From assembly GCA_028712375.1 (NCBI GenBank), contig JAQTQG010000003.1, forward strand, positions 14,619-78,618: a stretch of 64,000 nucleotides of DNA. The letters run 5' to 3'. Under the pieces are notes generated by a model. The model was not told the DNA's origin. It saw nothing but the letters and a program-made list of their open reading frames with translations, and did no database searches. Source of the DNA: Candidatus Omnitrophota bacterium. Its GTDB lineage: Bacteria > Omnitrophota > Gorgyraeia > Gygaellales > Profunditerraquicolaceae. Of this stretch, positions 1 to 8,461 are shown piece by piece. Made by a program: the position numbers and the translations under genes. Every line of letters begins with the position of its first letter. Positions within the stretch are counted from its first letter, which is position 1.

Positions 1-256
1 TCTGCCAGCTCATTACTTCCGGAGATTCCGGAAAATCATTTACCAACTTCTGATAAAACAACTTGGCTTCCAACAGGCTGCCTTTAGACTCGAGTTGGCG
101 CGCCTGAGCGGACAAAGAACGCGCTGATGAATGGCCGGGAGCTTGAACAGTTTTATTTATTTTTCTGCCGCTAAAAAAAATGGTGATCCCGGCTAACGCA
201 ACCACCGCTATAATTATAATTAAAATTATTTTTTTCACTTTCCACCCCCTGTCCAT

Positions 257-706
257 TTAAATCCGGGACACTAGCGCAATCGCAATACCCAATAATAATC
301 CCATAATTACTTCTACCGGAGTATGCCCGATAAGTTCACGCAGGCGCATTTGCTGAATTTTACCCCGCCAATAAATATCTTCCATAATTGTGTTTAGGAT
401 ACTGGCCTGTTTACCTGTGGAACGGCGAACACCCTGCGCATCAAACATTACGACAATCGCAAAAGCAAAAGCCAGGGCGAAATAAACACTATCAAACCCG
501 CATTCTAAACCGATACTAGTCGCTAAACATGCCGCGCCGGCAGCATGCGCAGAAGGCATGCCTCCGCTACCGATAAATAAACGAAAATCGAATTTCTTTT
601 TACGGAACACTCCAATGACCACCTTAATCGTCTGGGCGATCAACCAGGCAGAAACGGTAGACATTAAAATCTTATTCCGGTATATTTCGGTAAAAAATTC
701 CTTCAT
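257..706 (-). CDS. DUF212 / acid phosphatase-vanadium haloperoxidase-related (divergent PAP2) membrane protein
   Basis: 149 aa with several TM helices. Carries the GGMPSAHAA motif typical of DUF212 (consensus GGMPSSHSA). Confidence 0.6.
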   Translation of the reverse strand: MKEFFTEIYRNKILMSTVSAWLIAQTIKVVIGVFRKKKFDFRLFIGSGGMPSAHAAGAACLATSIGLECGFDSVYFALAFAFAIVVMFDAQGVRRSTGKQASILNTIMEDIYWRGKIQQMRLRELIGHTPVEVIMGLLLGIAIALVSRI

Positions 707-1317
707 TATTCTTCGAGTTTTCCCGTTTCTTCAGAAAACGGCATGGGCCTGCCTGTAGCAGGAGTAACTTCAATTATTATTTTTTCAGATGTCAGGCGCC
801 CATCCTTAATTAAAAAACCACGGTTGCCTTCTATTTCCAACCCGAGAGCTTTACGTCTTTTAGACTTTAATTCTTTGATTGCCTTCTTTAATTCCGCCAC
901 TGAACCCAATTTCAGCTTGAATCGCTCGTTTTCAGAAAAAATACGCCTATGAATACCGATCAACGCCCGGTTTTCCGCTTTTAAGACCGTAAGCTTGGCA
1001 TTTGCTTCTTCAAGCTCATTCTGGGCTTTCGAGCTATCACGAAAAAGGCGCTTTATTTTCTTCATACTGGCCTTTAAATAAACCTTGAGATTTGTATTTT
1101 TGGCCGCCAGCTGCGCGTTAAGCTCTTGCTCTTTCTCCAGTTCTTGCAATAAGTTTTGTTTCTCTTGTGTTAAAATTGAAATTTTCCCTTGAGCCTGGAC
1201 CAGACTATCCTGAAGCCTGAATCTTGCCTTTAATTCGCTCACATACCTGACCATACTAAAAACAGTGACCACTAATAATAAGATGAGTGCCAGGTTTTTA
1301 ATCTTGTCTTTGGTCAT
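706..1317 (-). CDS. membrane-anchored coiled-coil protein (hypothetical)
   Basis: 203 aa. N-terminal hydrophobic helix followed by a long heptad-rich Q/E/K/L region. No catalytic motif recognised. Confidence 0.4.
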   Translation of the reverse strand: MTKDKIKNLALILLLVVTVFSMVRYVSELKARFRLQDSLVQAQGKISILTQEKQNLLQELEKEQELNAQLAAKNTNLKVYLKASMKKIKRLFRDSSKAQNELEEANAKLTVLKAENRALIGIHRRIFSENERFKLKLGSVAELKKAIKELKSKRRKALGLEIEGNRGFLIKDGRLTSEKIIIEVTPATGRPMPFSEETGKLEE

Positions 1318-1509
1318 AACGTTATATTATATATTCCCTTACTTAAAAAGCAAGTTATTTTCCTTAAAACCCGGTTAGATTGCCGGCCTTAATCCGTCTA
1401 TTATCTTGGAAGGAGCAACCGCGCGCATACTGTGCATACCACCTGATAGGATTGACGGGGTACCGACACAAGTACAACGGGCATCGGATGCGTCCCACGT
1501 GGAGGAAAT

Positions 1510-1736
1510 ATGATCGCTAAGACTTATAGTTTTGGCCTGCTGGGCCTGGAGGCTTACCCGGTAGAGATTGAAATTGATGTAGCAAGCGGACTGCCGGCGA
1601 TTAACCTGGTAGGGCTGGCCGATACCGCAATTAAAGAAAGTAAAGAGAGAGTGCGCTCGGCCATTAAAAATTCAGGGTTCCAATGGCCTGCCCAAAGAAT
1701 AACGGTAAACCTGGCCCCTTCCGATATCAAGAAAGA
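1510..1736 (+). pseudogene. comM: comM/yifB 5' fragment (aa 1-75), truncated by insertion
   Basis: Translation MIAKTYSFGLLGLEAYPVEIEIDVASGLPAINLVGLADTAIKESKERVRSAIKNSGFQWPAQRITVNLAPSDIKK matches the ComM/YifB N-terminal (Lon-protease-like) domain. After codon 75 the frame runs into unrelated sequence. The continuation is at 20963. Confidence 0.75.
1723..1736. repeat. left junction direct repeat GATATCAAGAAAGA (attL core candidate)
   Basis: A 14-bp sequence repeated with one mismatch at 20963-20976. It lies exactly at the comM break point. Confidence 0.6.
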
Positions 1737-1774
1737 CGATACCAAAAAACCAGGATTCCCCCCCTACTTTTCCT

Positions 1775-3262
1775 CTAAAAGTTATACTCAATCTCTATCT
1801 TTCCCCCTATAAATACCCTGATAACCTTAATTAAGTCGTTAATCAAATCTCTTTTTTCCTGATCATTAGCCTCAGCCCAGGTAGACTTAAACTCCTTATA
1901 GAATCTACTTTGGCTCTTAAAATCATCCTTTTTTGTTTGTTCTCGCTCAAGTTTAATTCTAGCCTCTAAGATAGAGCATCCTATGCTATCTATTTCTTGT
2001 TTTATCCTCTCCAGCCTACTTAGGACGTCCTCATCATCCGATTTTTCAAGGGCGTTAAGTATCCTTTCTTTTGCCCTTTTTTTACCCTGAAGAGAATCTT
2101 CCTTATTTTTTATCTCTCCTCTAAGTCGGGTAATTTCTATCTGGGAATTTATTTTAAGATGTTTGAATAAATAAGATTCATCTGAAGATAATCCTTCCAC
2201 GTGTTTGAAAATCTCTTCCAGCACCTTATTTTCTAGAAAATCTTTACGATAATTTTTTCTATGCCTACACTTTCCGGGGTTCGTTCTTCTAAGAGAACAG
2301 GCATAATAATACAGATTTCCCCCGATCTTCTTCTGGCTCTTAGTTTGCTTCTGAACTAATTGGTGTCCACACTCACCGCACTGGGCAACATCCCTGATAA
2401 AGAATCCGGGAGCAATAAGTCCAACCTGAGCATGATTCTGGAAGTTCTGTTTTAAAATCTCCTGGGCCTTGGTAAAAACATCTTCACTAATTATCTCTGG
2501 ATGTTTTTTCTCATAGGTTTTTCCCTTTACCATCATCCTGCCTGTATATTTAACATTCTTTAGTATCCGTCTAATCTGCGTGTCTCTTATCAAAAAAGGT
2601 AAAGCGATCTTCTGATTTATCAATTCTTTTACTACTCGCTTATTACTCTTAAACCTGTTATACAGCTCGAAAATTAATCTTACTTTCTCGGCTTCTTCTT
2701 CAACTATAACAAAATGCTTGTTCTCTGATCTATAACCAAATGGAGGATACCCGCCGAAGTTTGTCCCATCCCGAGCAACCTTAATATATCTAGCAGTTAG
2801 GTTACGTTCTCTTATAGTATTTAATTCCATCTCGGCAAAGATCGCAGTTATCTGCATTACAAGTTTCCCCATATCACTAGAGGTATCAAAGGGCTGAGTA
2901 GCTGAAATGAAGACAACTTTGTTCTGCTCAAACTCTTTAAACAAGGTTAGCGTATCAAGAGCAGACCTTGAAATTCTATCAAGACGCCAAACCAATAGGG
3001 CTTTAACCTGGCCTTTGGCGATATCAGCCCTCAGCCTTTGTAATTCAGGCCTTTCGGTGTCGCTACCGCTTAGTTTATCAATATAGAAATCGGAATCTGT
3101 AAGAGGAAGATACCCGTGCAGCTTAGCGCTGTTTAAAATACCTTCCTTCTGCATATCAAGCCCAACCCTATTTACTTCGGCCTGCTCAAGCGTTGAAACT
3201 CGGAGATACGCTTTCGGTTTTATCTGTTCTGTGTTCATTAGTTTTATTTTGCCTTCTTTCAA
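1775..3262 (-). CDS. large serine recombinase (resolvase/invertase N-domain + recombinase domain + zinc ribbon)
   Basis: 495 aa. N-terminus AYLRVSTLEQ...GLDMQ is resolvase-type with the catalytic Ser. Central recombinase domain, a CGECGH...YYYACS zinc-ribbon and a C-terminal coiled coil. Stop codon lies 38 bp from the junction repeat. Confidence 0.85.
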   Translation of the reverse strand: MKEGKIKLMNTEQIKPKAYLRVSTLEQAEVNRVGLDMQKEGILNSAKLHGYLPLTDSDFYIDKLSGSDTERPELQRLRADIAKGQVKALLVWRLDRISRSALDTLTLFKEFEQNKVVFISATQPFDTSSDMGKLVMQITAIFAEMELNTIRERNLTARYIKVARDGTNFGGYPPFGYRSENKHFVIVEEEAEKVRLIFELYNRFKSNKRVVKELINQKIALPFLIRDTQIRRILKNVKYTGRMMVKGKTYEKKHPEIISEDVFTKAQEILKQNFQNHAQVGLIAPGFFIRDVAQCGECGHQLVQKQTKSQKKIGGNLYYYACSLRRTNPGKCRHRKNYRKDFLENKVLEEIFKHVEGLSSDESYLFKHLKINSQIEITRLRGEIKNKEDSLQGKKRAKERILNALEKSDDEDVLSRLERIKQEIDSIGCSILEARIKLEREQTKKDDFKSQSRFYKEFKSTWAEANDQEKRDLINDLIKVIRVFIGGKIEIEYNF

Positions 3263-3397
3263 CTATCTTTTTTACTATCTCCCAAAAATGATCTTCGTTT
3301 TCGTTCTTTACTAAATTAGATTTCATTTACTTTTCTCCTTGCTCTATACTTTGTCCTAAACATTGTCTTTTTTACAGTGTAAGATCAAAAAAAATCC

Positions 3398-3913
3398 TTA
3401 CTTGTTCTGGCTGATCAAAGTCACCATCTGTATATTCTCGAAATTCTTTCTACTTTCTATCTCAAGTATTTTATCCGCTTTATCTATCCGGTCATCAATT
3501 TCGTTGCAAATATCCAAATACCGGGTGACATTATCCAAAAGCTGTTGATGATCAGCCTTATGGTCTTCTTTTACAACGCCTAATCGTAGGACCAGATCAG
3601 CATATGACACTTTTCCAGTCGGTATCTCATGACCTTTTAAGACAATAGGAGAATCTATGATCTGTTTTCTTAAATTAAGAAAGTCCTTTATCCTCTTAAG
3701 CGACATCCCTATCATCTTCATAGTAAGGACTTGTTTTATTGTGTCGACTACCTCTCGGCCATATACCCGGTATCTATTCTCCATCTTTTCCGGTGAGAAC
3801 AATCCATAATCCTCGTATTTTCTGAGCTGCTCGCTGGATATATCAAAGCCTTGACGCTGCAACTCTTCGGCTAATTCCGTTCTTAAAAGTCCATCTACTG
3901 GTGATTTATCCAT
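3398..3913 (-). CDS. MerR-family-like HTH protein (possible regulator / directionality factor)
   Basis: 171 aa. The pattern HTH...RYRVYGREVVDTIKQVL..MKMIGMSLKRIKDFL resembles the MerR DNA-binding domain plus dimerisation helix. Sits adjacent to the recombinase. Confidence 0.45.
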   Translation of the reverse strand: MDKSPVDGLLRTELAEELQRQGFDISSEQLRKYEDYGLFSPEKMENRYRVYGREVVDTIKQVLTMKMIGMSLKRIKDFLNLRKQIIDSPIVLKGHEIPTGKVSYADLVLRLGVVKEDHKADHQQLLDNVTRYLDICNEIDDRIDKADKILEIESRKNFENIQMVTLISQNK

Positions 3914-4061
3914 CTGTATCCTTTCCTGACATTAAGACTGTCTTTAAGGCTGTCTTATTATAATCACATCATAGCCTATTTGTCAAGAAATTTCTTTAGT
4001 TATTTTTTGTAGATAAACTGTCTTTTAAAACTCGGCATTTTCTCCGTCTGCGGTAATTAAT

Positions 4062-4370
4062 TTACGTCTTTTTAAGTGGCGTACCATCTGAATCTACCAT
4101 CCTATTTGAAACAATTAGAATTAGATCGATTAACCACCACATGCCAAGACCTCCAAGCGTGCATAATTTCAATATCCCTAACCCTACGTAACCAAGATAG
4201 AATCTATCAAATCCCCAATATCCGAGAAAAAGAGAAAGCAATAACGCCACTAACCAACTTTTACCTTCTTTCTGTAGCCCACTAATTGATCTTCCAGATA
4301 CTGCACAACCGCACTTAACGCAAATAACGGCTTCATTGTCTATCTCTGCACCACATTTTTGACAAAACAT
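4062..4370 (-). CDS. zinc-ribbon + TM2-domain membrane protein
   Basis: N-terminal CxxC...CxxC ribbon (MFCQKCG...CVKCG). The C-terminal [33 protein letters not shown] fits the TM2 domain consensus. Confidence 0.55.
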   Translation of the reverse strand: MFCQKCGAEIDNEAVICVKCGCAVSGRSISGLQKEGKSWLVALLLSLFLGYWGFDRFYLGYVGLGILKLCTLGGLGMWWLIDLILIVSNRMVDSDGTPLKKT

Positions 4371-4392
4371 TAAAGCCTCCTTTATCTTAAAT

Positions 4393-4764
4393 TTATCTTC
4401 CAGTTATAGAATTAATTATAGTCATAGGATGGACAAACCACAGAATAAGAAGTATTGTGAAAATTGTCCCCATAATTACGCCAAACATAGCCCTACCCAT
4501 TCCGTGTTTTTCAGGGTTTCTCTTAATGTCCCTTATCGCGAGAATACCAAATAGCAAAGCAAACGGAGCTGGAATAAAAAGAATGGAAAAGAAAGCTAAA
4601 TAGCCCGCTGTAATAGCATATCCTGATCTTCCCACTGGCAATAAAGCACGAACAAGGGCATCCTGTCCTGGATCCTTGTTTATTTTTGCTCCTGTAGGAA
4701 CTCCGCACTTCATACAAACAACAGCATCGTCTTTAATTTCTCCACCGCATTTTCTACAAAACAT
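4393..4764 (-). CDS. zinc-ribbon membrane protein (paralog of the preceding gene, DUF4190-like)
   Basis: Same MFC+KCG...C.KCG ribbon start as 4062-4370, followed by three predicted TM helices. Confidence 0.5.
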   Translation of the reverse strand: MFCRKCGGEIKDDAVVCMKCGVPTGAKINKDPGQDALVRALLPVGRSGYAITAGYLAFFSILFIPAPFALLFGILAIRDIKRNPEKHGMGRAMFGVIMGTIFTILLILWFVHPMTIINSITGR

Positions 4765-4835
4765 TTTGCTCCTCCCTTTTATTTCCGAAACCAGGTCTTT
4801 TATTCCTTAGTATTTTAGCTATATGTAGATAGCTC

Positions 4836-5228
4836 TTAATTCTTTCGGACACATTCTGCCTCGACTATATTCCCCCCAGGCATTACTGTGAACATTTTAG
4901 TTCCCGTGGTTCCACAAACAGACGGTGCTGCAATAATCCCATATTCGTTAGGAAATAAATTTACTCCATAGTAGTAGCCATTCACTGTTTTGCTATTGTA
5001 AGCTTCAAAATTAGCGAAATATTGAGTAACCTCATCTCCAGTAGTAGGATATTGCCCCCCGTGGGAAGATGCATAAACCTCAAGCGCTGTAGATATATAC
5101 CTAACCGTTGCTTTTGCAGCAGCTTCATTTTTTGCTATATTATTTCCACAACCCATTACAAAACCCCCAATCAGGACACCCATTAACACAATCCAAACTT
5201 TTCTCATTCTACTCCCTCCTTTTTTCAT
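4836..5228 (-). CDS. small lipoprotein/secreted protein with pilin-like segment (hypothetical)
   Basis: Signal peptide with a possible lipobox (VMGC). The segment AKNEAAAKATVRYISTALEVYA resembles type IV pilin/pseudopilin bodies. Confidence 0.3.
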   Translation of the reverse strand: MKKGGSRMRKVWIVLMGVLIGGFVMGCGNNIAKNEAAAKATVRYISTALEVYASSHGGQYPTTGDEVTQYFANFEAYNSKTVNGYYYGVNLFPNEYGIIAAPSVCGTTGTKMFTVMPGGNIVEAECVRKN

Positions 5229-5279
5229 ATATTATCACCTAATTTAATAGGTGTAAATAGAAAAGACCGACAATAGTAG

Positions 5280-5531
5280 GTGTTCAAAGAGAGGATTTTA
5301 TTGGAAAATGTTAATATGGAAAACATCAATATCAGGTTCGGTAAACATTTGAGGGAATTAAGGAAGGAACGGGAACTGACACAAGAAGAGCTTGCTGAGA
5401 TTTCGGGGCTTGACTATAAATATATCCAACGTCTGGAAGGTAAAAAGCCTTCTTCTCCTACCCTAAATTCATTAGAAAAGATTGCTAAAGCCTTTAATAT
5501 AAGACTCTCAAAATTACTTAAATTTAATTAA
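5280..5531 (+). CDS. XRE-family HTH transcriptional regulator
   Basis: 83 aa. LRELRKERELTQEELAEISGLDYKYIQRLEGKKPSSPTLNSLEKIAKAF is a canonical Cro/C1-type HTH. Divergent from the upstream cargo genes. Confidence 0.7.
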   Translation: MFKERILLENVNMENINIRFGKHLRELRKERELTQEELAEISGLDYKYIQRLEGKKPSSPTLNSLEKIAKAFNIRLSKLLKFN

Positions 5532-6193
5532 TACCAACCATCAAGAATACACATTAGAATGCTTAATTCGTTAAGAACGGCCCGAAACTTCTTGTCCTTC
5601 TTGTAGTGCTTGTTATAAGATTCTTCACCTTGGACAACAAGATATTTCTTCTTTTTTGAATCCCAATCGAATTTAATCCTTGTGCCTTCGGCCTTAGTCG
5701 TAACAGTACGGAGTACTCCATCCTTCTTCATTCTCTTAGCATATTCTTCCTCTGGAATGCCGTCTTTACGAGCATGCTTGCCAATAAACTTCTCATGGAT
5801 CTCACGCACATAATCAATCCACTCTTGCTCTTCACTAGGCGGCTTATAACCTTCTGGCAGAATATCACTCATCTTCTTTGCATTACTCACATAACGAGAA
5901 TAAGCCGTAACATCACCAGTGCCGATCCAACGGTCAATGTCACTCTTGCGGAATATGGCTCTACCATCAGCTATACGTGAGAACGGCATCTTTTCCTGAC
6001 GCACCCAACCATCTATAGTCGTTTGTGGCACGCAAAGATATTCTGCTACTTGGACCTTACTTAAATGAATCCTTTTTGTTTTTTTGAATGTTTCGGATTC
6101 TTGGAGGGATTTTTGATCTAAAAACTCACCACAATGACGACACTTAATAGCTTCTTCTTGGATTTCTTCAGCACAAAATGGACATTTCTTCAT
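5528..6193 (-). CDS. zinc-ribbon + excisionase/Xis-type HTH (HTH_17-like) domain protein
   Basis: Starts MKKCPFCAEEI...CRHCGEF. The segment LSKVQVAEYLCVPQTTIDGWVRQEKMPFSRIADGRAIFRKSDIDRWI matches the MerR/Xis excisionase DNA-binding domain. C-terminal half unknown. Confidence 0.5.
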   Translation of the reverse strand: MKKCPFCAEEIQEEAIKCRHCGEFLDQKSLQESETFKKTKRIHLSKVQVAEYLCVPQTTIDGWVRQEKMPFSRIADGRAIFRKSDIDRWIGTGDVTAYSRYVSNAKKMSDILPEGYKPPSEEQEWIDYVREIHEKFIGKHARKDGIPEEEYAKRMKKDGVLRTVTTKAEGTRIKFDWDSKKKKYLVVQGEESYNKHYKKDKKFRAVLNELSILMCILDGWY

Positions 6194-6198
6194 ATCAA

Positions 6199-7509
6199 TT
6201 ATTTAGCTAAAGTAAGGCTTTTGAGTGAGTTGGCAAAAAATTCACCAATTATAGATTCTTCATAAGAGATGCTCTCACCTTTAGGTAAGATATAGAGATT
6301 CTTGATTTCATTCATAAGAGAACGGTAATTCTGAACATCAATTGAACTAGAATTAAGATTATCTCTATAGGGGTTAAGTGTTTTCATTTTTTCATTAAGA
6401 TCTTCAATTTTAGAGAAAATTTTATTAATTCTGTTAAAAATTACCTGGTTGGTATAAAACACTTCAAGCTTAATCAACTCTGGCCACATAGCATGCTTAT
6501 TTGCAGTATTAAAATCTTTATAATTCAATAATACCCAATGCGAATCTGCGTATAAATAATTATTTACCCCTATAAAAAGTAGCTGATAGTATTCTTTTAA
6601 ATCCCCATCAAGAGCAGCTAGATAATTACGGGTCACCTTTGCCTCGGGATCTGAATTTATCTTCTTTAAAACAATATCGCCTTTTCGACTCAACTCCTCT
6701 TCTTCGGATTTAATGAATTTTCTAACCTTTTCCTTAGAAATTTCAGTTACATTATCCAATAGCCATTTTGCTACTGTGAGCTTAAAATTTCTTAAACCAC
6801 CATATGAAAGATGCTCTAGGCCATCAATATCAGTAAATTTTTCTACTTCAGGCCGTAGTAAAAGACAAACTTTTATTCCTAATCCATGCATTAAACCATA
6901 CTCATAACTAACACTGTTACTTGCAGAAGATATATCTACAATTCCATATTTACAGGTTTTTATTAATTTGCAAACTTTACAAAGAACAGCTTCAGAGGTT
7001 AATTTATCCTTGGCTATGATTGGAATTAAACCAAACTTAGTTAATATTTCTTTTAAAGCTGATTCGCAATCCTCATATTTTTGATAAGGTATATCTAAAA
7101 AAACGTTATTCTCGTTAAATTCCTGTGTAATTTCATTATTCAAATCACAAGCATCCTTTGCTAAAGGCCCACAGGCATTAATAAAGACTTTTTCCGAATC
7201 CACACTTTTTTGTTTAGGCTTTGTAGCATTCTCCTTGCCACTTTCTTTTTCCAATTTTAACTCTTCTATTGCCATCTGAACTTGACTTTTCATTATGTTG
7301 AATGCTGGTTTCAAAGTATAAGAAGAAAGTGGTAAATTAATTTTGTGGGCATTTTGTATAAAATTATAGTAATATTGTTCATTAAATTTCAACAATGGTG
7401 CAACTTTGTTCGACCAATCAATACATGCTTGCTGAGAAGGAAATCCCTTTTCGACTTCCTCTATATTATAAAGATCTTGTAATTTTTTTAAAATTCCACC
7501 GAAATCCAT
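6199..7509 (-). CDS. hypothetical protein (436 aa), first/last gene of nuclease operon
   Basis: No recognisable catalytic motif. The C-terminal region ...CKYGIVDISSASNSVSYEYGLMHGLGIKVCLLL... suggests a Rossmann-like strand-loop-helix. Tightly linked to the downstream nuclease genes. Confidence 0.4.
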   Translation of the reverse strand: MDFGGILKKLQDLYNIEEVEKGFPSQQACIDWSNKVAPLLKFNEQYYYNFIQNAHKINLPLSSYTLKPAFNIMKSQVQMAIEELKLEKESGKENATKPKQKSVDSEKVFINACGPLAKDACDLNNEITQEFNENNVFLDIPYQKYEDCESALKEILTKFGLIPIIAKDKLTSEAVLCKVCKLIKTCKYGIVDISSASNSVSYEYGLMHGLGIKVCLLLRPEVEKFTDIDGLEHLSYGGLRNFKLTVAKWLLDNVTEISKEKVRKFIKSEEEELSRKGDIVLKKINSDPEAKVTRNYLAALDGDLKEYYQLLFIGVNNYLYADSHWVLLNYKDFNTANKHAMWPELIKLEVFYTNQVIFNRINKIFSKIEDLNEKMKTLNPYRDNLNSSSIDVQNYRSLMNEIKNLYILPKGESISYEESIIGEFFANSLKSLTLAK

Positions 7510-7558
7510 CTTTTAATATTTTTAAATATTTGTGGAGTAACCAGCAAGTAAGTTAACA

Positions 7559-8317
7559 TTACCCTACTTTAACTTCTTTCAGTATTTTCTGGTAAATACA
7601 GAAATCACAATCAGCACTATATTCAGGAACTACGGGACCCACCAAGCATTTATACATCTCAATAATCTTAGCCTCAATCCAAGAATCATTTCCGTCATAA
7701 GGTATTATTTTGATATCGAAATCAAGCTTTGCACTAAAGGTATCCCTGTCAGTAAGCCCATTGCAATACACAAAATAACCGGTTGGAGATACATTAAAAC
7801 CGTTTTTTCTGAATAACCACTGGTATATTTCCATCTGCCTCTTATAAGATATCTGCCAATCAGCATCTATGCTTACTTCTTCTTCCTTTGATGTGCTCTT
7901 GTAATCTACGATAAATAGCTGGCCATCCGATGAGGCCCAAACGTCATCTATCCCCCCTGTAAGTAAAAGATTTGTCGGTATGTGCAGATATTCAATACCA
8001 CCATGAAGAGCATCCCGCCAGATATTCAGCTTATCGTGCTTAAAAGGAACCGCCTTGATCCCATTTGCTTCCATAAGAGGATGGCTTATCTGTTTATTCC
8101 GATAGACATCGAATTCTTTCTTCAGTAACTTGTCTACTGCTGAATTTAGTGTAAAAGGGAACCCGGGTGGTTGCCCTACGCCTAATCTTCTGTCTAAATA
8201 GAAGCAACGTGGGCAATTTATGAATAGTTCAATTTTGGAGCGGCTTAGTTTAAATGGAATTTTACTATGCGGATCGAATAAATTCTTAGTTTTTCTACCA
8301 GTATAGTATTTAGACAT
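7559..8317 (-). CDS. Cas4/RecB-like PD-(D/E)xK nuclease with Fe-S cysteines
   Basis: 252 aa. Motifs GGIDDVW...LFIVDYKST (D...D/ExK) and QMEIYQW (QxxxY). An N-terminal CPRC and a C-terminal C...CDFC fit the 4-Cys cluster arrangement of Cas4/AddB-type nucleases. Confidence 0.6.
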   Translation of the reverse strand: MSKYYTGRKTKNLFDPHSKIPFKLSRSKIELFINCPRCFYLDRRLGVGQPPGFPFTLNSAVDKLLKKEFDVYRNKQISHPLMEANGIKAVPFKHDKLNIWRDALHGGIEYLHIPTNLLLTGGIDDVWASSDGQLFIVDYKSTSKEEEVSIDADWQISYKRQMEIYQWLFRKNGFNVSPTGYFVYCNGLTDRDTFSAKLDFDIKIIPYDGNDSWIEAKIIEMYKCLVGPVVPEYSADCDFCIYQKILKEVKVG

Positions 8318-8461
8318 AGACCTACAGACTATTATTCCCGATTCTTCTTTGGCTATCTGCCGCCGTAGAACTTAAACTAGGCTTGGATTTAGGTTATCTA
8401 TCCATCAGCTTAAAAGCTTCCCGCTTTCAACAATGCTGATGTAGTGAAAAAACTATAAATC

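Noticed and set aside
558-952. Plus-strand ORFs 558-758 and 743-952 overlapping the DUF212 and coiled-coil genes
   Set aside because: Antisense to clearly coding minus-strand genes, with low-complexity translations.
1554-1745. 63-aa antisense ORF inside the comM 5' fragment
   Set aside because: Fully embedded opposite a conserved coding region. No motif. Typical shadow ORF.
1737-1812. Extension of the first comM ORF (..DDTKKPGFPPYFSSKSYTQSLSFPL) past the junction
   Set aside because: This sequence is not ComM-like and lies in island DNA. It is read-through created by the insertion and not part of a functional protein.
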